NCBI GenBank assembly: GCA_036281075.1
Contig: DASUPO010000113.1
Span: 7,767 to 71,766, forward strand
Direction of reading: 5' to 3'
Length of the DNA stretch: 64,000 nt
Source: Actinomycetota bacterium
GTDB taxonomy: Bacteria; Actinomycetota; UBA4738; HRBIN12
Below the pieces are notes generated by a model. The model worked only from the letters and a program-made list of their open reading frames with translations. It searched no databases and was not told the DNA's origin. The stretch's first letter is position 1; each line of letters opens with the position of its first letter. Below, piece after piece: positions 16,252-24,092 of the stretch. The translations under genes were made by a program, and so were the position numbers.

Positions 16252-19160
16252 CGGGGACGACCCCGAAGCAGAAGAAGCGCACGACCTCGGCACCGAAGGC
16301 GCGATCGACGTCGAAGACGAAGACGCGGGCGGGCCGCGAGACGCTGAAGCGCGAGCCGGTGTCGGCGAAGGCGAGCAAGCCGAAGCCCGACCTCGCGATC
16401 GTCCAGACGCAGGTATTCCGGGGGCCGAATTACTGGTCCTACGACCCGTGCATCCGGATGCTGGTGGACCTCGGATCGCTCGAGGAATGGCCGTCCCACC
16501 AGATCCCCGGGTTCAACGAGGGGCTCCTCGCGCTCCTGCCCGGCGTGGCCGAGCACTCGTGCTCCCTCGGCCGCCGCGGGGGGTTCGGCGAGCGGCTCGC
16601 GGACGGGACCTGGCTCGGCCACGTCGCCGAGCACGTTGCGCTGGAGCTCCAGCGCGAGACCGGCGCGCACATCTCGCGAGGCAAGACGCGGAGCACCGGC
16701 GAGACCGGCCGGTACAACGTGATCTACGGGTACTGGGAGGAGACGGTCGGGGTCGAGGCGGGGAAGCTCGCTGTCCGGATCGTGAACCACGTCGTGAAGG
16801 CCGAGAAGGGCTTCGACTTCCAGGCCGAGCTCGAGCGGCTGATCAAGCTCGCCGAGCGCCGTGCGTTCGGGCCGTCGACCCAGGCGATCATCGACGAGGC
16901 CGCCTCCCGCGACATCCCCTGGATGCGGCTGAACGAACGATCCCTGATCCAGCTCGGCCAGGGGAAGTACCAGCAGCGGATCCGCGCCACGATGACGTCG
17001 ATCACGTCGGCCCTCGCCGTCGACGTCGCGTCCGACAAGAAGATGACGAACCAGCTCCTCGCCGCCGCCGGGCTCCCCGTGCCGCGGAGCGAGGTCGTCC
17101 GGGACGCCGACGAGGCCGTCACCGCGGCCGGACGGTTCGGGTACCCGGTGGTCACGAAGCCGCTCGACGGCAACCACGGACGAGGGGTCTGCTTGAACCT
17201 GGCCGACGAGCGGGCCGTCCGGACCGGGTTCGATCGCGCCCTCGAGCAGTCCCGCGACGGGCGGGTCGTCGTCGAGACGTTCGTCCGGGGGAGCGACTAC
17301 CGCGTGCTCGTCGTGGGCGGCCGGATGGTCGCGATCGCCGAGCGCGTGCCCGCGCACGTGACCGGCGACGGCGAGCACACGGTGCGGGAGCTCGTCGAGA
17401 TCGCGAACCAGGACCCTCGTCGCGGGATCGGCCACGAGAAGGTCCTCACGCGGATCACGGTCGACGCGAGGGCCGAGGAGTTCGTCGGATCGCAGGGCTT
17501 CGACATGGACGGCGTGCCGCCCGAGGGGGAGATGGTGCTGCTCGTGGCGACGGGGAACATGTCCACTGGCGGCATCTCGATCGATCGCACGTGGGAGGCG
17601 CACGAGGACAACGTCGAGATCGCCGAGGAGGCCGCCCGGGTCGTCGGGCTCGACGTCGCGGGGATCGACTTCCTCGCGCCCGACATCACGCTCCCGGTCC
17701 GGGAGGCGGGCGGCGCGATCGTGGAGGTGAACGCGGCGCCGGGCTTCCGGATGCACACGCACCCGACCGAGGGCGAGCCGCAGTACGTGGCGAAGCCCGT
17801 GATCGATGCCCTGTTCCCGCAGGGGACTCCGTCGCGGATCCCGATCATCGCGGTGACGGGTTCGAACGGGAAGACCACCACGACCCGGATGATCGCCCAC
17901 ATCTTCCGTGGCCTCGGACGGAAGGTCGGCATGACGTCGACCGACGGCGTCTACATCGACGAGCGGCTCGTGAAGCGCGTGGACGCGTCCGGCCCGAAGT
18001 CGGCGCAGATGGTGCTGCAGAACCCCCGGGTGGATATGGCCGTGTTCGAGGTGGCTCGCGGCGGGATCCTCCGCGAGGGCCTCGGGTACGGACGCAACGA
18101 GGTCGGGGTGGTGCTGAACGTGACGGGCGATCACCTCGGCCTCCGGGAGGTGAACACGCTCGAGCAGCTCGCGGCGGTGAAGCAGGTCGTGGTCGAGGCG
18201 GTGCCCAAGACGGGCTGGGCGGTCCTGAACGCCGACGACCCGCTCGTGCTCGAGATGCGCCGGCACTGCAGCGGCGGCGCGATCCTGTTCTCGATGGAGA
18301 AGAACGAGTTCGTCGATCGCTGGGTGCGCCGTGGCCGGAAGGCGGTCGTCCTGGAGCAGGGGCCGCTCGGCGAGCTGATGGTCCTGAAGGAGGGGCGCCG
18401 CTCGTCGCCGATCGCCTACGTGCACATGCTCCCGTCGACCTTCGACGGGCGCGCCCGGATGATGGTGCAGAACGCGATGGCGGCGGCCGCAGCGGCGCAC
18501 GCGGCGGGGGCGCACCTCCACGACATCCGACAGGGGCTCCGGTCCTTCACGACGTCGATCTACCAGGCGCCGGGGCGGCTCAACGTGTTCGAGCTCCACG
18601 GGATCAAGGTGATCCTCGACTACGCGCACAACGCGGCCGGCTTGCGGACGCTCGGGGACTTCGTGGACCGGGTGGCCTCTGATTCGGCGATCCCGGAGCG
18701 TCCCGGAGAGGCTGCGCGCGCGGCGAACCTCGTCGTCGGCGTGGTGGCCACCGCCGGCGACCGACGCGACGAGGACATGCGTGAGCTGGGCCGCGTCGCC
18801 GCGAGGCACTTCGACGTCGTGATCGTTCGCGAGGACAGGAACCCGCGCGGACGCGAGCGGGGCGAGACCGGCGGCCTGGTCGCGGACGGCGTTCGCGAGG
18901 CGATGCGGACCGGCCCCGCGCGCGCCGGCACCGTCGAGGTGATCCCCGACGAGATGGAGGCCGCGCGGAAGGCGCTCGACCGCGCGCGGCCGGGCGACGT
19001 GGTGGTGCTCTGCGTGGACTACGCGACGGAGGTCTACAAGGAGCTCGAGCGGCGGCGCGGGACCGCGACGCCGGCGGCCCTCCGGCCGTCGGAGCGCGGG
19101 CTGATCGAGGCGGTCGGCGGCGACGTCGACCTGATCGACCTGACGTCGGTCCCGCGGTAG
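16248..19160 (+). CDS. cphA: Cyanophycin synthetase (N, ATP-grasp G and Mur-ligase-like M domains)
   Basis: 970 aa. N domain: FRGPNYWSYDP. ATP-grasp: GYPVVTKPLDGNHGRGV, IVEVNAAPGFRMH. M domain: VTGSNGKTTTTR, LDYAHN. GTGA overlap with cphB. The first ~50 aa are a Lys/Thr/Ser-rich tail. Confidence 0.95.
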   Translation: MTGTTPKQKKRTTSAPKARSTSKTKTRAGRETLKREPVSAKASKPKPDLAIVQTQVFRGPNYWSYDPCIRMLVDLGSLEEWPSHQIPGFNEGLLALLPGVAEHSCSLGRRGGFGERLADGTWLGHVAEHVALELQRETGAHISRGKTRSTGETGRYNVIYGYWEETVGVEAGKLAVRIVNHVVKAEKGFDFQAELERLIKLAERRAFGPSTQAIIDEAASRDIPWMRLNERSLIQLGQGKYQQRIRATMTSITSALAVDVASDKKMTNQLLAAAGLPVPRSEVVRDADEAVTAAGRFGYPVVTKPLDGNHGRGVCLNLADERAVRTGFDRALEQSRDGRVVVETFVRGSDYRVLVVGGRMVAIAERVPAHVTGDGEHTVRELVEIANQDPRRGIGHEKVLTRITVDARAEEFVGSQGFDMDGVPPEGEMVLLVATGNMSTGGISIDRTWEAHEDNVEIAEEAARVVGLDVAGIDFLAPDITLPVREAGGAIVEVNAAPGFRMHTHPTEGEPQYVAKPVIDALFPQGTPSRIPIIAVTGSNGKTTTTRMIAHIFRGLGRKVGMTSTDGVYIDERLVKRVDASGPKSAQMVLQNPRVDMAVFEVARGGILREGLGYGRNEVGVVLNVTGDHLGLREVNTLEQLAAVKQVVVEAVPKTGWAVLNADDPLVLEMRRHCSGGAILFSMEKNEFVDRWVRRGRKAVVLEQGPLGELMVLKEGRRSSPIAYVHMLPSTFDGRARMMVQNAMAAAAAAHAAGAHLHDIRQGLRSFTTSIYQAPGRLNVFELHGIKVILDYAHNAAGLRTLGDFVDRVASDSAIPERPGEAARAANLVVGVVATAGDRRDEDMRELGRVAARHFDVVIVREDRNPRGRERGETGGLVADGVREAMRTGPARAGTVEVIPDEMEAARKALDRARPGDVVVLCVDYATEVYKELERRRGTATPAALRPSERGLIEAVGGDVDLIDLTSVPR

Positions 19161-19164
19161 GCTC

Positions 19165-19503
19165 GTGGACACGCGCGTGATCGCGGCCGTTCTCGAACGA
19201 CGGCGAGCCGAGCTCGCCGGCGAGCTGGGCGTGGTGACGACGGTCGAGCGCGACCCGGACGCGTCGGTGTCGTTCGGGAAGCGGGTCGGCGACGGAACGA
19301 CCGAGGCGGTCGATCGGCTGAACCGGGTCGGGACCGCGAAGGAGCTGGAGGCGATGCTCCGCGACGTCGAACGCGCGCTCGCGAAGATCGACGACGGGAC
19401 GTACGGGATCTGCGACCGGTGCGGTCGGCTGATCCCGGAGGCGCGGCTCGAGGCTCGTCCGTGGTCGGTCCGGTGCGTCGACTGCGCGGCACTCGGGGGC
19501 TAG
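19165..19503 (+). CDS. TraR/DksA-family C4 zinc-finger protein
   Basis: C-terminus GICDRCGRLIPEARLEARPWSVRCVDCA (CxxC-N17-CxxC). Lies 4 nt after cphA. Confidence 0.8.
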   Translation: MDTRVIAAVLERRRAELAGELGVVTTVERDPDASVSFGKRVGDGTTEAVDRLNRVGTAKELEAMLRDVERALAKIDDGTYGICDRCGRLIPEARLEARPWSVRCVDCAALGG

Positions 19504-19509
19504 CCCGCC

Positions 19510-20280
19510 GTGGACGTGGCGGACGCGGTCGCCGGGATCGTCCGCGGCGCCGGGCGCGCCGGCGTCTTCCTCGACGTCGATGGAACGCTCGCGCCGATCG
19601 TGCCGCGGCCGGAGCTCGCCGCGGTGCTGCCGGAGGTCCCGGAGCTGCTCGTCCGGCTCGCGCGGCGCGTCGGGATCGTCGCCGTCGTGTCGGGCCGGCC
19701 GTCCGAGCAGGTCCGGGCGCTCGTCGACGCGGACGGCGTGGTGGTCGTCGGGACCCACGGCCTCGAGGACGAGCCGGACATGCGACCGGAGGTCCTCGCG
19801 GCGATCGAGGCGGCGGCGGGGGCCGTCGGCGCATGGGTGGAGCCGAAGGGCGCCGCCGTCGCCGTCCACTTCCGAGGCCTGAACGATCCCGAGGCGGCCG
19901 CGGCCGCCGCGGAGCCCGCGCTCGCGGCGGTCGCGGCGGCCCACGGCCTCGAGCTGCTCGGCGGGAAGCGGATCATCGAGCTGACGCCTCCGGGGCCGCG
20001 GAAGGGCGGCGCCGTCGCGCGCCTCACGCGGGAGCGTGATCTCCGTGCGGTCCTGTTCGCCGGCGACGACGTCGGGGACCTGGACGCGTTCGCGGTGCTA
20101 CGGCGGCTCCGTGCCGAGGGGATCTGGACCTGCGGTATCGCTTCGCGTGGTCGGGAGACCGCGCCGGAGGTGCTCGCAGCCGCCGACGTCGCGGTGGACG
20201 GTCCGGAGGGAGTCGCTGCGCTCCTCGGCGCACTCGCCGACGAGCTGAACGGCGCGGAAGGATCGCTTGGTTCGCGATGA
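19510..20280 (+). CDS. otsB: Trehalose-6-phosphate phosphatase (HAD)
   Basis: Motifs FLDVDGTLAPIV (DxDGT), VSGRP, ...FAGDDVGD. Confidence 0.85.
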   Translation: MDVADAVAGIVRGAGRAGVFLDVDGTLAPIVPRPELAAVLPEVPELLVRLARRVGIVAVVSGRPSEQVRALVDADGVVVVGTHGLEDEPDMRPEVLAAIEAAAGAVGAWVEPKGAAVAVHFRGLNDPEAAAAAAEPALAAVAAAHGLELLGGKRIIELTPPGPRKGGAVARLTRERDLRAVLFAGDDVGDLDAFAVLRRLRAEGIWTCGIASRGRETAPEVLAAADVAVDGPEGVAALLGALADELNGAEGSLGSR

Positions 20281-20540
20281 ACCTCATCTCCGAACTCGCT
20301 GGCCTGATCTACGGCGTGCTTGACATCAGTCAGGGTCTCTCCGACCCGAGGGCAAGAACACGCCTCGACGGGTTCGTGGACGCACTCGTCGAAGCAGGGG
20401 CGGACCGTGGGATCCATCGGTCGGGACCCGATGCGGTCGCATGTGGAGCAGCCGTACTCGTGTTTCGGGATGCAGGAAAGGAACTCGACGAGGCCGCGCT
20501 CGAAGACATCGAGCGCGTACGTCCATGCATGAAGTCTTGA
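20277..20540 (+). CDS. Hypothetical small protein (weak call)
   Basis: ATGA overlap with the otsB stop. This stretch is visibly less GC-rich, with lower third-position GC by hand tally than neighbouring genes. No recognisable motif. Confidence 0.3.
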   Translation: MNLISELAGLIYGVLDISQGLSDPRARTRLDGFVDALVEAGADRGIHRSGPDAVACGAAVLVFRDAGKELDEAALEDIERVRPCMKS

Positions 20541-20581
20541 CTGCCTCCTGACGTTCGCTGCTCGCAGGCCTGACGAATGAC

Positions 20582-22051
20582 CTAGAGCTCGGGCGGGCGA
20601 ACCTCGTCGATCGCGCGGAGCTGGGCCGCGAGCCACGTGGCCGGCGTGTGCGAGAGCGCCGACCGCTGGAGACCGCGCGCGCGGCGCCGTCGCTCCTCCT
20701 CCGGCATCGACAGCGCCTCCTCGATCGCTTCGGCCGTCTCCGAGAGGTCGAACGGGTTGATCGCGAGCGCGTGCCGGCCCAGGCGGCCGAACGCGCCGGC
20801 GTTCCGCGACAGGATCAGCGCGCCGCCGCGAGTGTTCACGACCGGACCCTCCATCGCCACGAGGTTCATGCCGTCGTGGACCGGGTTCACGAGCATCGCG
20901 TCGTAGCGGTCGTACGCGGCCACGGCGTAGGTGAAGTCCTCCTGCACCTTCAGCACGATCGGCGTCCAGTCCTCTTTCCCGTACGTCGCGTTGATGCGAT
21001 CCGCCGCGGCCCGGCAGTCGGCCCCGTAGTCCCGGTACACCGGAACCTCCTCGCGCGACGGGCTGAGCAGCGCGAGGAAGACGACCCGCCCGCGCCACTC
21101 GCGATGCTTCTGCAGGAGGAGCTCGAACGCGAGGAAGCCGCGCAGGATGTTCTTCGACGGCTCGAGCCGGTCCACCCGGAGGAGCAGCTTCCGATCGCCT
21201 CGGAGCTTCTCGATCTGCGCCCGGAGGCGAGCGGCCCGGTCGCTGGCCGCCGCGTCGCGGATCTCCTGGGCGCCGACCGCCACGGGGAACGAGCGGACCT
21301 GCACCTCTCGCCCATCCACGTCGGCGCGGTGCGCGCGGATGTCGACGTGCACGTCCTCGAGCTCGCGCGCGGACAGCAGGAAGTTCTCGCCCCACTGTCG
21401 GCCCTGGAAGCCGACCACGTCCGCCCCGAGCATCCCGCGCAGGATCGAGTTCCGCATGTCGACCGGCAGCGTCCGCAGGTAGGTGCGGCCGGCGAACGGC
21501 GTGTGGGAGAAGTGCAGGATCCGCGCGTCAGGGACGATCTCGCGGAGCATCCGCGGGACGAGCGTCAGGTGATAGTCCTGGATCAGGAAGACCGGATCGT
21601 GGCGCGCCTCCGCGGCGAGCAGGCGCGCGAACGCGCGGTTCGCCTCGACGTAGTCCTCCCACTCGTGCTCGGTCCGGTCGCCGAAGGACGGCGTCCGCGC
21701 GATGTCCCAGAGGTAGTGGTGCACGAACCACAGGATCCCGTTCGCGATCCCGTTGTAGTAGCCGTCGTAGCGGTCCGGCGGGATGTCGACGTATCGCACG
21801 CGCTGCGCCGCTCCCTCGAGCTTGCGTCCGCGGGGCGCGACCTCCCGGTCCGCGTCCGTCGCGGCGGCGGCCACCCAGGTGGCGTCGTCGCGCTCCAGGA
21901 CGCCGCCGAGCACGGTGACGAGGCCTCCCGAGCCTCGATTCGCGACGAGCTTCCCGTCCTCACCGCGTTCGAATCGCACGGGTCCGCGGTTGGACGCGAC
22001 CACGATGGCGGATTCCATCGCGGAGTGCGTGGTGGACACCATCGGGACCAT
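20582..22051 (-). CDS. otsA: Trehalose-6-phosphate synthase (GT20)
   Basis: Motifs VVASNRGPV, GGLVTVLGG, VFLIQDYHL, DGMNLVA. Confidence 0.92.
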   Translation of the reverse strand: MVPMVSTTHSAMESAIVVASNRGPVRFERGEDGKLVANRGSGGLVTVLGGVLERDDATWVAAAATDADREVAPRGRKLEGAAQRVRYVDIPPDRYDGYYNGIANGILWFVHHYLWDIARTPSFGDRTEHEWEDYVEANRAFARLLAAEARHDPVFLIQDYHLTLVPRMLREIVPDARILHFSHTPFAGRTYLRTLPVDMRNSILRGMLGADVVGFQGRQWGENFLLSARELEDVHVDIRAHRADVDGREVQVRSFPVAVGAQEIRDAAASDRAARLRAQIEKLRGDRKLLLRVDRLEPSKNILRGFLAFELLLQKHREWRGRVVFLALLSPSREEVPVYRDYGADCRAAADRINATYGKEDWTPIVLKVQEDFTYAVAAYDRYDAMLVNPVHDGMNLVAMEGPVVNTRGGALILSRNAGAFGRLGRHALAINPFDLSETAEAIEEALSMPEEERRRRARGLQRSALSHTPATWLAAQLRAIDEVRPPEL

Positions 22052-22088
22052 CCTCCCAGGCCGGCGTCGGTCGCGCAGACGGGCAACG

Positions 22089-23795
22089 TCAGGCGGGCGT
22101 TCGGTCCGCGTCGCGGACCGCGCGGACCAGGCGCCGGACCTCGGCCGGTCCCGGCATGCGAGCGTCCTTGCTCCGGAGCCAGCGGAACGCCTGCGCGCGC
22201 TGCGCGAGCGCCGTGATCCCGACGACGTCGCCGGGGGAGGACGTCTTCAACATCCCGCGCAGGGCCCGCATCTCGTCCGGGTAGACGGGAATGTCGTGCT
22301 TGCCGGCGCGGGCGGCCCCCTCGCGGAGACGGGCGATCACGTCCTCCCGGGATCGCCCGCGCAGGTACTTCAACTGCTCCGCGATCGCGAGGTGGTCGAC
22401 ACCCAGCGCCGCACGGACCGCGAACCCGTGCAGGATCGCGTCGGTCCGATCCCCCGCGGTGCCGATCGCGAGCCAGATCTCGCTCCGGGGCCGGCGGAGG
22501 CCACGGAGGATCTCGACGAGCCCGTCCATCCCGGCCTCGTTGTGCGCGTAGTCGAGGACGATCACCCGTCGGTCCAGCCAGAATAGGTTCGTCCTGCCGG
22601 GGTTCTTCGTGGGGTCGAGAACGAACGTCCGGAGGCCCTTCGCGACGCTCCGCGGCGGCAGGCCGACGCCGAGGCCGGCGGCCGCCGCCGCGAGCGCGTT
22701 CTGCGTGTACATGCGCGAGAGCCCCGCGAGCGTCATCGGCACGCGCTCGAGCGCCACGAGCGGGTGGACCGTCGACCCCTCGATCCACACGATCGTCCCG
22801 TCGAGGACGGTCATCGCGCGGCCGCCCTCGGCGAGCGCGTCCCGGAGCGCCGGGTGCCTCGGGTCGAGCGAGAACAGCCACGACCGTCCGGTCGCGCCCC
22901 GGCGCATCGCGAGGACCCGCGGATCGTCCGCGTTCAGCACGTCCCAGCCGTCCGGCCGCGTGATCCGCGTGACGGTCGCCTTGACCTCGGCCAGCTGGTC
23001 GACCGTCGTGATCCCGTGCAGGTCGAGGTGGTCGGCGGAGACGTTCGTGACGACCGCGACGTCGTTGTGCTGCACGCCGATCCCACGCAGCAGGATCCCG
23101 CCGCGCGCGGTCTCCAACACGGCGACGTCGGGGCGTTGGGCGAGGGCCGTCGCCGCCCCGCCGAAGCCGGAGTAGTCGCCCTTCTTCACGAGCCGGCCGT
23201 CGCGGTAGACGCCGTCGGTGGACGAGAACGCGACCCGCCGCCCCGCCGTCGTCACGAGGTGGGCGAGGAGCCGCGTCGTCGTCGTCTTCCCGTTCGTGCC
23301 GGTCACCTGGACCACGGGCACCTCCGGCTCCGGGACGGAGGGTTCCTCGCCGGGTTCCGCGGCCTCGACGGCGCGGGCGGCCTCCGCGAGCACGCGTGGC
23401 GCCGATCGTCGGAGCAGGACGGCCATCGCGTCGGCCACCGCGCGCGCGAGCGCCTCCGCCGCTCCGCGGCGACGCCACGGGAAGGCCACGACCACGACCC
23501 CGCTGCGGGCGTCCGTCCGACCGCGGATCGCGAGCCGCCGGGTCCCGACCGCGGCCGCGATCCGCTTCGTCACGGCCACCGCGATCCGGGCCGTCGCGCG
23601 CAGCCGCCGTTCGCTGCCGGCCACGCCCGGCTCGATCCCTCGGAGGCCGATCGCGCTCGCGACGGCCGCGACCTTCGACGCGTCGGCGCCCACCCATCCG
23701 GGGACGTCGAGCGTGAGCTTCACGGCGGGCCGCGGGAAGTAGAGGTTCGGTCCCTCCAGCACGCGGAGCTCGACCGTGCGGGCGGGCGCCGCCAC
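22089..23795 (-). CDS. Cyanophycin-synthetase-like ligase with N domain and Mur-ligase-like M domain only (no ATP-grasp domain)
   Basis: 568 aa. The N-terminus VELRVLEGPNLYFPRP parallels CphA's QTQVFRGPNYWSYDP. About 160 aa later it runs directly into VTGTNGKTTTTR. It then tracks the CphA M domain: STDGVY, ARGGIL, LNADDP, LDYAHN, AGDR, PDEM, PGDVV. Confidence 0.85.
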   Translation of the reverse strand: MAAPARTVELRVLEGPNLYFPRPAVKLTLDVPGWVGADASKVAAVASAIGLRGIEPGVAGSERRLRATARIAVAVTKRIAAAVGTRRLAIRGRTDARSGVVVVAFPWRRRGAAEALARAVADAMAVLLRRSAPRVLAEAARAVEAAEPGEEPSVPEPEVPVVQVTGTNGKTTTTRLLAHLVTTAGRRVAFSSTDGVYRDGRLVKKGDYSGFGGAATALAQRPDVAVLETARGGILLRGIGVQHNDVAVVTNVSADHLDLHGITTVDQLAEVKATVTRITRPDGWDVLNADDPRVLAMRRGATGRSWLFSLDPRHPALRDALAEGGRAMTVLDGTIVWIEGSTVHPLVALERVPMTLAGLSRMYTQNALAAAAAGLGVGLPPRSVAKGLRTFVLDPTKNPGRTNLFWLDRRVIVLDYAHNEAGMDGLVEILRGLRRPRSEIWLAIGTAGDRTDAILHGFAVRAALGVDHLAIAEQLKYLRGRSREDVIARLREGAARAGKHDIPVYPDEMRALRGMLKTSSPGDVVGITALAQRAQAFRWLRSKDARMPGPAEVRRLVRAVRDADRTPA

Positions 23796-23798
23796 GGA

Positions 23799-24092
23799 TC
23801 AGCCGCCGGCGGTGTCGGTTGCTGCGTCGATGTCGGCCGCCAGCTCCACGTCTTTCTCCGTGACGCCGCCCTCGTCGTGGGTCGACAGGGAGATCACCAC
23901 GCGGTTGTAGTGGATCTCGATGTCGGGGTGGTGTCCGGCGGCCTCGGCGAGTTCCGCGACGACGTTCACGAACGCGATCGCGCCCGTGAACCCCGGGAAG
24001 CGGAACTCCTTGTGGATCGCGTTCCCCAGGTGCTTCCACCCGTCGCGGTCGTCGAGGAACAGGCGGAGCTCACCGTCGGTCAGTTTCGTCAT
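23799..24092 (-). CDS. Pterin-4a-carbinolamine dehydratase (PCD/DCoH) family protein
   Basis: 97 aa from MTKLTDGEL. Motif GHHPDIEIHYNRVVISLSTH. Confidence 0.85.
   Translation of the reverse strand: MTKLTDGELRLFLDDRDGWKHLGNAIHKEFRFPGFTGAIAFVNVVAELAEAAGHHPDIEIHYNRVVISLSTHDEGGVTEKDVELAADIDAATDTAGG

Noticed and set aside
22089-23795. Labelling the short CphA paralogue as CphA2.
   Set aside because: Characterised CphA2 enzymes retain the ATP-grasp G domain and have a reduced M domain. This protein has the inverse architecture (no G, complete M), so the CphA2 name would be wrong.
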